Positions 28,079-39,660 of a stretch of DNA of 41,629 nucleotides are shown piece by piece (position 1 is the stretch's first letter; each line of letters begins with the position of its first letter). Position numbers and translations under genes: made by a program. Source of the stretch: a bacterium (lineage in GTDB: Bacteria > Bdellovibrionota_C > UBA2361 > CALJRW01). The stretch is taken from the NCBI GenBank assembly GCA_031385045.1, contig JANNBC010000001.1, positions 1 to 41,629 of the forward strand, in the 5' to 3' direction. The notes under the pieces are model-generated. The model had not been told where the DNA came from and ran no database searches. It saw only the letters and a list, made by a program, of their open reading frames with translations.

Positions 28079-29002
28079 TTAGTTGTGATTTAAAGAACGA
28101 AACACGCTATCAAGACTCTGCTCCCGAGGAGTCAGAGTATAAAGTCTCCAACCAGAAGATAACACTCGATTAGAAATATCCGCTAATAAGGAATGATCCG
28201 TTCCAGACTGTGGAGTAAGTAAATAACTATAAATACTACTTTCCTTATTTAGCAATCGAACACTTTGCACTCCAGACATTTTAGCAAACTGCGCCTCCAC
28301 TTCTCGCTCTGGACGATCAACGCTAAGAATAATTCCACCTGAAGATTTAATCTCATCCATTGTGGAATCTAAAACTAACTTCCCTTGTTGAATAATTAAG
28401 ACTCGGTCACAAACAGCTTCAACTTCTTGCATGATGTGAGTGGATAAAATGATTGTGGAATCAACCGCCAAATCTTTAATCAGATGACGCATCTCTTGAA
28501 TCTGAGAAGGATCCAAGCCGTTTGTTGGTTCATCTAAAATTAGAATTTCAGGCTCATGTAAAATCGCCTGTGCCACTCCGACTCGTTGCTTAAAACCTTT
28601 AGATAAAGTTTCAATTTTATTTAAGGCTTTTGACTGCAAATTAGTTCGCTTCACAGCTTTAGAAATCTTAGCAACACGATCTTCGGGATTAATTCCGCGC
28701 AAATCTGCGACATATTCTAAGTAATCCAGAATAGTCATCTCTGGATATAGCGGAACGTTCTCTGGTAGATAACCAATTTTTTCTTGAATAGTGATTAAAT
28801 CATCCGCGATATCTAGTCCTTTAATTTTAACTTCTCCAGAGCACTGCTCTAGATAGCCTGTTAGAACTTTCATGATTGTTGTCTTACCAGCACCATTATG
28901 TCCTAATAATCCAACAATTTCGCCCTTTTTAATTTCAAAACTAACCTGATCAATCGCGGTAAAATCACCATACCTGCGGACTAAATTAGTAACTTTTATC
29001 AT
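28079..29002 (-). CDS. GldA-like ABC transporter ATP-binding protein
   Basis: Walker A GHNGAGKTT, GYLPE, LSKGFKQRVG, ILDEPTNGLDP, STH. ATG at 29002 (MIKV) preferred. Confidence 0.92.
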   Translation of the reverse strand: MIKVTNLVRRYGDFTAIDQVSFEIKKGEIVGLLGHNGAGKTTIMKVLTGYLEQCSGEVKIKGLDIADDLITIQEKIGYLPENVPLYPEMTILDYLEYVADLRGINPEDRVAKISKAVKRTNLQSKALNKIETLSKGFKQRVGVAQAILHEPEILILDEPTNGLDPSQIQEMRHLIKDLAVDSTIILSTHIMQEVEAVCDRVLIIQQGKLVLDSTMDEIKSSGGIILSVDRPEREVEAQFAKMSGVQSVRLLNKESSIYSYLLTPQSGTDHSLLADISNRVLSSGWRLYTLTPREQSLDSVFRSLNHN

Positions 29003-29062
29003 AGCTTTGCGTTGTAAACGGTAAATCAAGCTGGATTTTATACAAATCTCTAGAATCGGCAA

Positions 29063-29115
29063 GTCCGTCTTCGCTAAAGCTTACGACGCGACAGGTTCCG
29101 TCTTCGCTAGGAGCT
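29063..29115. repeat. Tandem REP-like units
   Basis: TCCGTCTTCGCTA at 29064-29076 and 29097-29109, each followed by a short ...AGCT. Confidence 0.55.
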
Positions 29116-29276
29116 ATGAAGTGATAAATGCTCTCCTAACCAAGACTTCCCTGATACCATTAAAAACAGGAAAAACAGATTTTTAAGTTGAGTGAAACTA
29201 ACACAGCATTTTGAACCCAGTTGTTTTTCTGATTCCCCGACTTCCCTGAGAATTGAAATGATGGTTTTTCTCACAG

Positions 29277-29336
29277 GTCCACCGACGCTGAAGCTTTGGT
29301 GGACTGCGGAGTCAGAGCCTTACTGGCTCTGACTCC
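29277..29336. repeat. Two adjacent GC-rich hairpins upstream of ilvC
   Basis: GTCCACCGA-CGCTGAAGCT-TTGGTGGAC (29277-29304) and perfect GGAGTCAGAGCC-TTACT-GGCTCTGACTCC (29308-29336), followed at once by TTGACT (-35-like). Confidence 0.7.
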
Positions 29337-29396
29337 TTGACTTACAACCCAAATAGGGTCATTTTATTGGTCTAATTTTAACTATATAACTAAACA

Positions 29397-30422
29397 ATGA
29401 ACGCCAAAGTTTATACTGATTCCGAATGTAATTTAGACATTTTAAAAAACAAAACCTGTGCCGTAATCGGTTTTGGATCTCAAGGGCATGCCCACGCTCT
29501 AAACTTAAAAGAAAGTGGAATCAAAGTAATAATTGGACTTTACACAGGTAGCAAATCTATTGAGTCCGCAAAAAACAAAGGATTTGAAGTAATGACTACT
29601 GCTGAAGCAGTAAAACTTGCTGACGTTATTTTTGTAGCAACTCCTGATACTAAGATTGCTGCCATCTTTAATTCCGATATCAAAGAAAACCTAAGTGCTG
29701 GAAAAACTTTACTTTTTAGTCATGGATTTGCTGTTCATTACAAAACAATTGAAATCCCTGCGAATGTTAACGTGATCATGGTAGCGCCAAAAGGTCCAGG
29801 ACATATCGTTCGTCGTCAGTATGTTAATGGTCAAGGTATCCCTGCCCTAATTGCTGTTGAGCAAAATGCTACAGGAGATGCTAAAGAAATTGCATTATCA
29901 TGGGCCAAGGGAATTGGTTGTTCTCGTGCGGGAGTTATTGAAACAAGCTTTAAAGAAGAAACTGAAACAGATCTTTTTGGTGAGCAAGCTGTACTTTGCG
30001 GTGGAGCATCTGCCTTAGTTCAAGCTGGATTTGATACTCTTGTAGAAGCTGGATACCAACCAGAGATGGCCTACTTCGAATGTCTACATGAATTAAAATT
30101 AATTGTTGATTTAATGTATGAGTCTGGAATTTCTGGAATGCGCTTTTCAATCTCTGATACTGCTAAATATGGTGATGTAACTGTAGGTCCAAAAATTGTA
30201 ACTGCTGAAACTAAAAAAGCCATGAAAGCAGTTTTAACCCGCATCCAAAATGGTGAGTTTGCTAAAGAATGGATTGAAGAAAACAACACTGGTTGCAAAA
30301 ACTTTAATGCCCTACTTGCTGCTGGCGAAGAACACCCGATTGAAGCAGTTGGTCAGAAATTACGCCCATTAATGCCTTGGTTTGAGAAGAAAAACCTTAA
30401 AGGTAGCCAGGCAGATTATTAA
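29397..30422 (+). CDS. ilvC: Ketol-acid reductoisomerase (class I)
   Basis: [57 protein letters not shown]. Confidence 0.98.
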   Translation: MNAKVYTDSECNLDILKNKTCAVIGFGSQGHAHALNLKESGIKVIIGLYTGSKSIESAKNKGFEVMTTAEAVKLADVIFVATPDTKIAAIFNSDIKENLSAGKTLLFSHGFAVHYKTIEIPANVNVIMVAPKGPGHIVRRQYVNGQGIPALIAVEQNATGDAKEIALSWAKGIGCSRAGVIETSFKEETETDLFGEQAVLCGGASALVQAGFDTLVEAGYQPEMAYFECLHELKLIVDLMYESGISGMRFSISDTAKYGDVTVGPKIVTAETKKAMKAVLTRIQNGEFAKEWIEENNTGCKNFNALLAAGEEHPIEAVGQKLRPLMPWFEKKNLKGSQADY

Positions 30423-30450
30423 GAATCAAACCTTAATAACTAACTAAAAC

Positions 30451-30480
30451 AAAAAAACAGGCTAAAATGCCTGTTTTTTT
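30451..30480 (+). terminator. Rho-independent terminator after ilvC (could act in both directions)
   Basis: AAAAAAACAGGC-TAAAAT-GCCTGTTTTTTT. Confidence 0.85.
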
Positions 30481-30549
30481 GTATCAAATTTAAAGGGAAA
30501 GACATTAAGGATTTGCTTAGCAATAAGAAATCACTATATTTTTCCACTT

Positions 30550-30861
30550 ATGGTAGCTTACAATCCTGATAATCATCGACTCTATTCACTGGCATCGGCA
30601 GTAAGAAAAAAATCTACCGTACAGACTGAGATTACCAGAAGCGGAACACAATTAAGAATCAAAACAAGTGAAGTTGATTTTAAATTATCTCCTAGACCCT
30701 ACCATCAAGTATCACTAAATGTTCGCATGGCTCCGGCCACAGCTTTTACTAGTCTGGAAGTTTTAAATAGTTTGCTCCTAGAGACTCTCCTACAGTTAGC
30801 ACGAAAAGCCGGCATTCAAACAGAAGATCCTCGCGCACAATTTAAAGTTAAGAGCAAATAA
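30550..30861 (+). CDS. Hypothetical protein (103 aa)
   Basis: ATG-started ORF filling the gap between the ilvC terminator and amt; no clear RBS or motif. Confidence 0.5.
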   Translation: MVAYNPDNHRLYSLASAVRKKSTVQTEITRSGTQLRIKTSEVDFKLSPRPYHQVSLNVRMAPATAFTSLEVLNSLLLETLLQLARKAGIQTEDPRAQFKVKSK

Positions 30862-30918
30862 GTAGTTATTCCAAATCAAACAACTTTAGCTCTTAAGAGA
30901 CATTAGTTTTGGAACTTA

Positions 30919-32220
30919 CTATATTTTTTCACCATGCTGACTCAGATCTAGTCCCTCAAGTTCCTGCTCAGAAGTAACACGCATTGGAATAATTAAATCT
31001 GTAATTTTATACAAAGCAAGAGAACCAAAAAAAGCAAAAAAACTTACTCCAACTAAGGCCAGCAAATGATTAATAAATGTTTGTGTTTGACCATAGATTA
31101 AACCAACCTTAGCCGCAAAAACTCCAGTTAAGATCATCCCCACCATTCCTCCAACTCCATGACATGGAAAAACATCAAGTGTGTCATCAACCCCAGATTT
31201 AGTAGTCCAGTTTACTGCATAATTAGAAATAATACTGGCAACGACTCCAATAAAGATTGATTGTCCAACGGTGACAAATCCTGCCGCTGGGGTAATTGCT
31301 ACAAGTCCCACAACTGCTCCAATACACGCACCAAGCGCTGATAATTTACGGCCAAGAATTCCATCTAAAAATAACCAGGCTAACATTGCCGCGGCAGAAG
31401 CTGTGTTCGTGGTTAAGAAGGCCGAGGCTGCTGTTTCATTAGCGCCTAAGGCTGACCCAGCATTAAAACCAAACCAACCAAACCATAACATTCCAGTTCC
31501 TAACATCACAAAAGGAATATTGGCTGGGGTATGAGTTTTTCCTTTAGCATGCTCCTGTCTGCTCCCCAGAAAAATTGCCCCGGCTAAAGCAGCAAGCCCA
31601 GCAGACATATGCACTACTGTACCGCCAGCGAAATCAAGTACGCCCAACTTAAATAAGAAACCTTCCGGATGCCATGTCCAATGAGCTAAGGGACAATAAA
31701 TAAAAATACTAAAGAGACACATAAATAAAAGATAGGCAGAGAAGCGAACTCGTTCGGCAAAAGAACCAGTAATTAATGCTGGAGTAATGATGGCAAATTT
31801 AAGTTGAAACAAAGCAAATAAGGTTAATGGCATTGTGCTACCAATATTAGGATGACTGGCTCCCCCAACTCCGTTAAACATGAAAAATGTTCTTGGATCA
31901 CCAATCCAGCCGCCTAAAGAATCACCAAAGGCTAAACTAAAGCCAACAACTACCCACAGAATGCTAATCACCCCCATGGCCACAAAACTTTGCAACATTG
32001 TGGAAATGATATTTTTACGGTTAACCATCCCACCGTAAAAAAAGGAGAGGCCAGGAGTCATCAAAAGAACTAGAGCAGTAGCAGTTAGCATCCAAGCGAC
32101 GTCACCCTTATCAACTTCTGGACCTATCAACTGCGGAGCATGTTGTTGATAGAATGCACCATAGAGTGCTACAGCAATTAACACCACAAAAGCCAAAACC
32201 ATCCTTTTCTTCATGCTCAT
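30919..32220 (-). CDS. amtB: Ammonium transporter (Amt family)
   Basis: AWMLTATALVLLMTPGL, FQLKFAIITPAL, DFAGGTVVH, WFGWFGFNAGS, GLVAITPAAG, DDTLDVFPCHG, GLDLSQHGE. ATG at 32220 preferred (AGGA upstream). Confidence 0.96.
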   Translation of the reverse strand: MSMKKRMVLAFVVLIAVALYGAFYQQHAPQLIGPEVDKGDVAWMLTATALVLLMTPGLSFFYGGMVNRKNIISTMLQSFVAMGVISILWVVVGFSLAFGDSLGGWIGDPRTFFMFNGVGGASHPNIGSTMPLTLFALFQLKFAIITPALITGSFAERVRFSAYLLFMCLFSIFIYCPLAHWTWHPEGFLFKLGVLDFAGGTVVHMSAGLAALAGAIFLGSRQEHAKGKTHTPANIPFVMLGTGMLWFGWFGFNAGSALGANETAASAFLTTNTASAAAMLAWLFLDGILGRKLSALGACIGAVVGLVAITPAAGFVTVGQSIFIGVVASIISNYAVNWTTKSGVDDTLDVFPCHGVGGMVGMILTGVFAAKVGLIYGQTQTFINHLLALVGVSFFAFFGSLALYKITDLIIPMRVTSEQELEGLDLSQHGEKI

Positions 32221-32332
32221 ATTAAATCCTATTAACACCCAACTAGATAAAGTAAATATAATATACTCTATGCTTATTAGTATATAAATTAATTTAATTG
32301 AGCAATATTTTAGAGTAAATCTAGATTTTGAG

Positions 32333-33895
32333 TTAAGCTAACAGGACTTGTTCAAAACTAAGTTTTGAAAAGAATCGCCCCTTAAATTGACGAATAGATT
32401 TATCAGTAACCTCAGCAGCTGCGTATTCTTTAGCTGCAAGAATTGCCAAATCAATCTTCTCTAACTCCCTAGAAAAGCAAGCGGCACATGACAGATCTGT
32501 TTGGTTACGTTGGAAAAATATTTGACTGGCCGATTTTAGATCCTCTAGCCTAGTACTAAAACCAGCAAAAGCAACAGGTCCATGAGTTAATATCTCAGCT
32601 AAATTATCAAGCGCCCCTTGAAAACCAACTAACTGCAAAGTTAAATGCATCTGCTTTAAAACCTGATTCCCTGCTTCTGGATTTTTATCCTCGGCAGCTT
32701 TTCTTAACTCAGCAATTTGTGATTCAATTTGCTTTTTAAAAGTGAGATAAGGCCGAGCTTCTACCTGAGATAACTGACGATCATTTAATCCTAAACTAGT
32801 AAGATAGTTCGTAATCTCAGTGTTAGTTTGCGCCGGATCAAGCTTCCGAGTTCCATCCGTAAAAGCGCGCAAAGCCTTCGCTGGGAAAGGATTTCTAGCA
32901 AGATTTTTTTCAGCATTAGCAAAAATATCAGCATGAATTGTTTTATACTTAAGTAGCGCTAGACGATCTTCTAGATTAGCAGTGGTAATTTTAGTAATTG
33001 ATTTTAATCTTCTAGAGAATTTATCAAGTGCAGCATGTAAACGTGCCCAAGTAGCACTACTATTTGGACGCCCAGTGCGATCCGCAACTTGCTGAGATTT
33101 GATTACTTGATCACGACCAAGGATTTTAGATAGTAATAAAACATGTTTTAACTGCTCACCAACTTTTGTAGAAACGATGCTAGCAAAGTCTTTGACACAA
33201 ACCTTTTCTGCCTCGTCTAACTGCCCCCATTCACCAACCTGAGCTCTAAGTTCAATAACCTCCCGCCCAATCCCGGTGAGTGCGACAATCTCTTTGGAAT
33301 GATGAGTCTCTTCATGTAAGGTCTTACGATGTGCTCCGGCAATACTGCTAAAACGCATGGCAATTTTATGTTCAGCGTTTACTTCTCCTCGAAAGTAAAC
33401 AAGTGAACCAATTAACCCAGGACTAGCCTCGGCGAGTCTTTGTAATTCCTCAGTCTGCTGAGTGATAACTTGAATCCGATTATTTGTTCCTGGAACTGGA
33501 GTTAGAGCCAGAAAGACAGTTCTTAACTGACTAGTAATTTCTTGATTAAGTACAAAGCTACGATCTTGTGGATTAATGATTCCAAAATTTTTAAGTAACT
33601 CATTAGAAATCTTTTCTGGGTCTAACTTAATCTGACTGACTGAAAGTCCTGCTAAGGTTGCTTTTTCATCTAAAGCTATTTGACCAGACTCACGATCTAA
33701 CTTTACTGGCAAAAGACAATTTTTAAACTTAGAAAAACTAGTAAAAAAAAGTTTATACTGAGAGTTAGAAATCTTAGACCAAAGTTCTTGGAAATCTTTA
33801 CGAGACATTCCCTCTTTCTGCAAACCTTCTAAGGTTAAATAACTTGTGGGGATCTCTTTTTGTGGATTGGTAATACTTGCAACAACTAGTTTCAT
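32333..33895 (-). CDS. Hypothetical protein (520 aa), predicted helical and cytoplasmic
   Basis: Long uninterrupted ORF in AT-rich DNA; no recognised motif, signal peptide or TM segment. Confidence 0.8.
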   Translation of the reverse strand: MKLVVASITNPQKEIPTSYLTLEGLQKEGMSRKDFQELWSKISNSQYKLFFTSFSKFKNCLLPVKLDRESGQIALDEKATLAGLSVSQIKLDPEKISNELLKNFGIINPQDRSFVLNQEITSQLRTVFLALTPVPGTNNRIQVITQQTEELQRLAEASPGLIGSLVYFRGEVNAEHKIAMRFSSIAGAHRKTLHEETHHSKEIVALTGIGREVIELRAQVGEWGQLDEAEKVCVKDFASIVSTKVGEQLKHVLLLSKILGRDQVIKSQQVADRTGRPNSSATWARLHAALDKFSRRLKSITKITTANLEDRLALLKYKTIHADIFANAEKNLARNPFPAKALRAFTDGTRKLDPAQTNTEITNYLTSLGLNDRQLSQVEARPYLTFKKQIESQIAELRKAAEDKNPEAGNQVLKQMHLTLQLVGFQGALDNLAEILTHGPVAFAGFSTRLEDLKSASQIFFQRNQTDLSCAACFSRELEKIDLAILAAKEYAAAEVTDKSIRQFKGRFFSKLSFEQVLLA

Positions 33896-34060
33896 GGGAA
33901 GGATTATGACTAATTTTTAAATGGTAATCAAATCTGAAGATCTTTTACTATTTACCAGCTACAAGACTAACCTTTCCTTCCTTTATTTGATAATCAAGCT
34001 CTGGAAAGAAGATATTACTGCAATTAAGTATCTTATATTAGGAAATGTAACTAATATTTA

Positions 34061-37000
34061 CTAATAGTTAAGATTACTCTGTAACCACTTCTCCATTTCA
34101 GCCAAAGTCTTACCTTTCCGTTTAGCTAAATCAGCAACCTGATCCTTAGATATTTGCCCTAAACCAAAATACTTAGCTTCTGGATTCATAAAATACAGTC
34201 CAGAGACAGAAGATGCTGGCATCATCGCATAGTGCTCTGTTAAACCCATCCCAGTATGCTTAGTAGCTTCAATTAATTTAAAAATTGTTTCCTTCTCAGT
34301 GTGATCTGGACAAGCTGGATATCCCGCCGCTGGACGAATGCCCACGTACTCCTCTTTAATTAACTGTCTAGTTGTTAACATTTCATCTTCGGCATAGCCC
34401 CAGTAGTCCTTGCGAACGATAGCATGTAAACATTCGGCAAAAGCCTCGGCTAATCTATCGGCGATTGCTTGCGCCATAATCACAGAATAGTCATCACTCT
34501 CGGCTTTAAACTTAGTAATTAATAATTCTAAATTAATTCCAGTTGTGACAGCAAATGCTCCGATATAATTGTTAATTCCCGAATCTTTAGGAGCAATATA
34601 ATCAGAAAGTGCTAAGTTTGACTGCCCTTCTCCTTTCTTTAACTGCTGACGAAGTGTGTGGAGAACGGCAATAACTTCCGTTCGTGAATCATCAGCATAG
34701 ACTTCAATGTCATCATCATTAATCGAATTAGCTGGAAACAAACCAATCACCCCATTGGCTTGGGGAATCCCAGACGATATCATCTGGGCTAACATTGCCT
34801 TAGCATCTTTATAAATCTCGCGTGCTTGCTTACCGTAAGTTGGAGAATTAAGAATATCAGGATAACGTCCCTTTAATTCCCAAGTACTAAAGAATGGTGT
34901 CCAGTCGATATACTCAATTAATTGCTCTAAAGGAAAATTCTTAAATGTATATACTCCTAATTTATTGGGAGTATGGGGCTTAAACTCGGACCAATCAATT
35001 TGAAATTTATTTTTTCGAGCATCTTCGATCTTAAAATACTGTTTAATATCATCACGACCTTCATAATCAGAACGTAACTTTTCATATTCCTTCTTAGTCT
35101 GAGCAACAAAAGCATCCTTGTTCTCCGGCATTAATAAATTACTAAGGACTGGGACAGCTTTAGAAGCATCTTTTACGTGAATACAAGGGCCAGAATAATG
35201 GGGCTCAATTTTAATCGCAGTATGTTTTTTAGAAGTAGTTGCTCCTCCAATTAATAAGGGAACTTTATAATCACTACTCTCTAAAAGCTTGGCAAAATAA
35301 ACCATCTCATCAAGTGACGGCGTAATTAAACCACTAAGCCCAATCACATCAACCTTTAAATCCTTAGCAGCCTTTAGAATCTTCTCTGGTGGCACCATGA
35401 CTCCCATATCGTGAATCTCATAGTTGTTACAAGCAAGCACTACACCCACAATATTCTTTCCAATATCATGGACATCACCCTTTACTGTCGCCATTAAAAT
35501 CTTACCATTATTCTTAGCATCACCTTCTTGCTTCTCGGCGTCCATAAATGGAATTAAGTAAGCAACCGCTTTCTTCATCACGCGAGCACTTTTTACAACT
35601 TGGGGTAAAAACATTTTACCTGATCCAAAAAGATCACCAACAACATTCATCCCTTCCATCAAAGGACCTTCAATGACATCGAGCGGACGAGTGGCAAGCT
35701 TGCGAGCTTCCTCCACATCTTCATCAATATAATCAGCCAAACCTTTAATCAGTGCATGGGTCAGGCGTGCGTTTACATCCAAATTACGCCAATCGATATT
35801 AGCCTTAACATTAGTCGTATCAATTTCTCTAAAACTTTCCGCCAAAGTAATTAGGTTTTCCGTTGCATCAGAATGACGATTAAACAAAACATCTTCAATT
35901 TTTAATAGTAATTCAGCATCAATTTCTTCATAGTTAGGAAGTTGCCCGGCATTAACAATTGCCATATCAAGCCCGGCATTAATGGCATGAAACAAAAAGA
36001 TCGAGTGCATCGCTTCACGCACATAATTATTTCCCCGAAAAGAAAAAGAAATATTACTCACCCCACCACTAACCTTAGCCTTTGGCAGGTGATCTTTAAT
36101 CCAACGAATGGTTTCAATAAAATCAACGGCATAATTATTATGCTCCTCCATTCCCGTAGCGACAGTTAAGATATTCGGATCAAAAATAATATCTTCTGCT
36201 GGAAACTTAACTTCTTCTACTAAAATCTTATAAGCTCGCTGACAAATGGCAATTTTCTTCTCTAAACTATCTGCTTGTCCATTTTCATCAAACGCCATTA
36301 CCACCACAGCAGCACCATATTGCCTAACTTTTTCTGCCTGCTCACGGAATTTCTGTTCGCCTTCTTTCATGCTAATCGAGTTAACAATTGCCTTGCCTTG
36401 AACTGCTTGCAATCCAGCCTCAATCACTGACCAGCGAGAAGAATCGATCATAAAAGGCACTCGAGAAATCTCCGGCTCAACGGCTAGTAAATTTAAGAAG
36501 TGAACCATCTCCCATTCCGAATCAAGCAAGCCTTCATCGAAATTAATATCTAAAATCTGAGCTCCATTTTCTACTTGCTCTCTAGCAACGTCCACAGCGG
36601 CTTCATAATCTTTCTTTTGAATTAATTTTTTGAATTTGGCAGAACCAGTAATGTTATTGCGCTCTCCGATATTTACAAAGTTACTAACTGTATTAATGAC
36701 CAACGGCTCTAATCCAGAGAGTTGCAACCCGGGACGTTTTTGTGGGACTGGCCGAGGCGCGCAGGTCTTGGTCCTTTCAGCTAACAAGCGAATATGTTCA
36801 GCCGTAGTTCCACAGCAGCCACCCACTAAATTAATTAAACCTTTATTAAAAAACGGCTCAAGTTCTAACATAAACTCCCGAGGAGTCTGATCGTATTCAG
36901 CTAACTCATTAGGAAGTCCAGCATTAGGATGAATACTAACATGCACTTCTGCCATCCTAGAGAGTTCGCTCAAGTAAGGAAGTAATTGCTCTGCACCCAA

Positions 37001-37744
37001 GGCACAATTTAGACCAATACTAAGTAAGTTCCGGGCATGTGAAACAGAAATCCAAAAAGCCTCGGCGGTTTGTCCACTTAAAGTTCTGCCGCTTAAATCC
37101 GTAATTGTACCAGAGATCATTAAAGGCAATTCGATGCCAGAAGTTTTACAAAATTCACTATGAGCAAAGATTGCTGCCTTAGCATTAAGCGTATCGAAAA
37201 TAGTCTCAATCATTAATAGATCTACCCCACCTTCGGCTAAGGCTTTAATAGACCAGGTATAGTCATCTACTAATTGCTGAAAATTAACATTACGAAATGC
37301 TGGGTTATTAACATCAGGAGAAATGGAAGCAGTCCGATTAGTGGGGCCTAACAATCCATAAACATATCTTGGTTGATCAGGAGTTTTCTCAGAATATTTA
37401 TCAGCTAAATCTCTAGCAATCTTAGCCCCGGCAATATTTAGATCATAAACTAAATCCTTCTCAAACTTATAATCGCTCTGAGAGATTAGATTAGAATTAA
37501 AAGTATTAGTCTGAATAAAATCAGCGCCAGCTTCTAAGTATGCTCCAAATATTTCGGAGATAACTTGAGGATGTGTCAGATTTAATAAATCATTATTACC
37601 CTTAACGGAACAACAATGATTTTTAAATTTACTACCAGCATACTCCTGCTCATTTAATTGATATTTTTGAATAGCAGTCCCAGCAGGTCCATCAAGAACG
37701 TAGATCCTTTTAGCAAGTAACTTCTGAAATGATTTAAGATTCAA
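34061..37744 (-). CDS. metH: Cobalamin-dependent methionine synthase
   Basis: Hcy-binding (GLNCALG, GGCCGTT), pterin-binding (IGER.N.TGS), B12-binding DVHDIGKN / SGLITPS, activation domain [17 protein letters not shown] start. Confidence 0.98.
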   Translation of the reverse strand: MNLKSFQKLLAKRIYVLDGPAGTAIQKYQLNEQEYAGSKFKNHCCSVKGNNDLLNLTHPQVISEIFGAYLEAGADFIQTNTFNSNLISQSDYKFEKDLVYDLNIAGAKIARDLADKYSEKTPDQPRYVYGLLGPTNRTASISPDVNNPAFRNVNFQQLVDDYTWSIKALAEGGVDLLMIETIFDTLNAKAAIFAHSEFCKTSGIELPLMISGTITDLSGRTLSGQTAEAFWISVSHARNLLSIGLNCALGAEQLLPYLSELSRMAEVHVSIHPNAGLPNELAEYDQTPREFMLELEPFFNKGLINLVGGCCGTTAEHIRLLAERTKTCAPRPVPQKRPGLQLSGLEPLVINTVSNFVNIGERNNITGSAKFKKLIQKKDYEAAVDVAREQVENGAQILDINFDEGLLDSEWEMVHFLNLLAVEPEISRVPFMIDSSRWSVIEAGLQAVQGKAIVNSISMKEGEQKFREQAEKVRQYGAAVVVMAFDENGQADSLEKKIAICQRAYKILVEEVKFPAEDIIFDPNILTVATGMEEHNNYAVDFIETIRWIKDHLPKAKVSGGVSNISFSFRGNNYVREAMHSIFLFHAINAGLDMAIVNAGQLPNYEEIDAELLLKIEDVLFNRHSDATENLITLAESFREIDTTNVKANIDWRNLDVNARLTHALIKGLADYIDEDVEEARKLATRPLDVIEGPLMEGMNVVGDLFGSGKMFLPQVVKSARVMKKAVAYLIPFMDAEKQEGDAKNNGKILMATVKGDVHDIGKNIVGVVLACNNYEIHDMGVMVPPEKILKAAKDLKVDVIGLSGLITPSLDEMVYFAKLLESSDYKVPLLIGGATTSKKHTAIKIEPHYSGPCIHVKDASKAVPVLSNLLMPENKDAFVAQTKKEYEKLRSDYEGRDDIKQYFKIEDARKNKFQIDWSEFKPHTPNKLGVYTFKNFPLEQLIEYIDWTPFFSTWELKGRYPDILNSPTYGKQAREIYKDAKAMLAQMISSGIPQANGVIGLFPANSINDDDIEVYADDSRTEVIAVLHTLRQQLKKGEGQSNLALSDYIAPKDSGINNYIGAFAVTTGINLELLITKFKAESDDYSVIMAQAIADRLAEAFAECLHAIVRKDYWGYAEDEMLTTRQLIKEEYVGIRPAAGYPACPDHTEKETIFKLIEATKHTGMGLTEHYAMMPASSVSGLYFMNPEAKYFGLGQISKDQVADLAKRKGKTLAEMEKWLQSNLNY

Positions 37745-37746
37745 AG

Positions 37747-38772
37747 TTATCCTTCAATATAGGCACATAGTAACTTAAGCGCCCCGTCCAAATCTTTAGG
37801 ATGAACACATTCCGTTACGGTATGAATATTTCTAGTTGGAATACTTAAAGCTCCAGTCTTAACACCGGCACGAGATTTTTGAATTGAAGCAGTATTGGTT
37901 CCACCACGTGGTAAGATTTCTAACTGAAAAGGAATTTTCTTTTTCTTTGCTAAATCTTTAAATTCATCAACAAAACGCCTGTCGCAAATTACTGAACCAT
38001 CAAGAATCTTAATACAAACCCCATGCCCTAACTTGGATACTTGCTTATAATCGGCAACACCAAATGGCGCATCACCAATAGTAGTATCAAGTGCAATTCC
38101 TAAATCCGGAGCAATTCCATACGCAGCAGCCTGTGCCCCACGAAGACCAACTTCTTCTTGAACCGTAAAAGCCATGTAAACATCAAACTTCGGCTTTTTA
38201 ATTTTCTGAAGCATCCGAATTCCTAGCCAAACGCAACAGCGATTGTCCAAACACTTTCCAGAAACGATATCACCAATATGCTTAAAGTCTTGCTTTAAAG
38301 TAACCATGTCACCTATTTCGACAAGCTGCTTAACTTTATTCCCTGGTAATCCTAAATCTATATAGAACTCACTGAGCTCAGGAACTTTTCGTCCATCTTC
38401 TGGTGAAGAAATATGAAGTGGAACAATCCCTGGATTTAATAAACCAATAACTTCTCCCTTCTTAGTATGAACAGTAACTTCACGAGCGAAAAGATTGCGT
38501 GTATCAAATCCACCGACATTAATAATTCTCAAAAACCCACGATCATCAATATGATTTACATAAAATCCAATTTCATCCATGTGAGCATCAACCATCAACT
38601 TCTTAGGATTTTTAACTGACTTAGGAGCTTTGATCACGGCGATATAATTCCCCATAGCATCTTCATAAAGCTGATCCACGCAATCCTTCACTTCAGCCTT
38701 AATAATTTTCCGAATGTTCTCTTCATTTCCAGAGACACCAGCAGCTTCCGAAAGTTTCTTTAACAATTTCAT
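37747..38772 (-). CDS. M42-family (TET-like) aminopeptidase
   Basis: [37 protein letters not shown]. Confidence 0.92.
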   Translation of the reverse strand: MKLLKKLSEAAGVSGNEENIRKIIKAEVKDCVDQLYEDAMGNYIAVIKAPKSVKNPKKLMVDAHMDEIGFYVNHIDDRGFLRIINVGGFDTRNLFAREVTVHTKKGEVIGLLNPGIVPLHISSPEDGRKVPELSEFYIDLGLPGNKVKQLVEIGDMVTLKQDFKHIGDIVSGKCLDNRCCVWLGIRMLQKIKKPKFDVYMAFTVQEEVGLRGAQAAAYGIAPDLGIALDTTIGDAPFGVADYKQVSKLGHGVCIKILDGSVICDRRFVDEFKDLAKKKKIPFQLEILPRGGTNTASIQKSRAGVKTGALSIPTRNIHTVTECVHPKDLDGALKLLCAYIEG

Positions 38773-38836
38773 AATAGTAACTTTTTAAAAATAGTTTTTA
38801 AGTGAGCAAATTTCCAAATAACTTTAAGCTAGGGAA

Positions 38837-39535
38837 TTATTTTTTTACTGTAGAAGCATCGCGTAAACAGGACAAGAGGCCCTGATACTTGATAATCAGC
38901 TCTTCTGCTAAACTCACAGCTTCGAGATGAAGCTTACAACTGTTTAGGATTTGAGGGAAGTTAGAAGCTGCCTTTAAGGATTCAATCTGCCGCAGAGTAA
39001 TTAGGAAATCCTGTTTCTCTGTTGGAGTTAAATTTTTAAAGATCTCTTGCTCTTCTTTATTAAAAATCTGAAAACTATCCTGCATTACAACAGGCTTGAT
39101 TTGAACAGATTTTTTTGTTTCAGGATGATCTAAAAGAGCAAATAAAACTAATATCAAGATAGCTAATAATCCAAAAAGCACAAAGACTATCCCTGGAACA
39201 ATTCTTTTGCCGTCAAACTTTTCCACCAATTCACTTAGAAGCTCGGTACTAAAACTCAAATCCTGCTTTAATGTCTGATTAGAATAATTTTGATAAAAAG
39301 GTCGCCATGGGGCCTGCTCATTAGCGGGATAGAGTCCCAGCTCCAGATCATGCTTATTACGCTGTGCTGGATCAATTAAGGTCTCAAATGCCAACTTTAA
39401 GCGTTCAATCTTTTTGATTTTTCGCGCACTTAAGCCGAAGAATAGATAACTTTTAATCTTTTTCTCAAAACGATTTTTCAACTCCTCAGGTGTGGCTTTG
39501 GTCGAAACTCCCAATTTATGGTAATAGTTGTCCAT
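38837..39535 (-). CDS. J-domain-like membrane protein lacking the HPD motif
   Basis: DNYYHKLGVSTKATPEELK ... AFETLIDPAQRNKHD match J-domain helices; single TM segment (IVPGIVFVLFGLLAILILVLFALL). Confidence 0.7.
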   Translation of the reverse strand: MDNYYHKLGVSTKATPEELKNRFEKKIKSYLFFGLSARKIKKIERLKLAFETLIDPAQRNKHDLELGLYPANEQAPWRPFYQNYSNQTLKQDLSFSTELLSELVEKFDGKRIVPGIVFVLFGLLAILILVLFALLDHPETKKSVQIKPVVMQDSFQIFNKEEQEIFKNLTPTEKQDFLITLRQIESLKAASNFPQILNSCKLHLEAVSLAEELIIKYQGLLSCLRDASTVKK

Positions 39536-39660
39536 TTTACAGCAAATAAAATCTAAACTAAGTTTAGAGGATATAAGCTAATCATGCTAGATAAATAATT
39601 CGTTTAAAAATGGATGTTTTTATTTCTGTCACGCTTTAAAATATACTAATATTTTCTCTG

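Noticed and set aside
24204..29002. Evidence for Bacteroidota-type gliding motility
   Set aside because: GldA/F/G-like ABC clusters with DUF4340 are widespread outside gliding Bacteroidota, and no gldK-N or spr genes are present here.
29277..29396. Amino-acid attenuator, T-box or riboswitch upstream of ilvC
   Set aside because: No Ile/Leu/Val-rich leader peptide, T-box motif or U-tract, and the hairpins lie upstream of the likely -35 (TTGACT at 29337).
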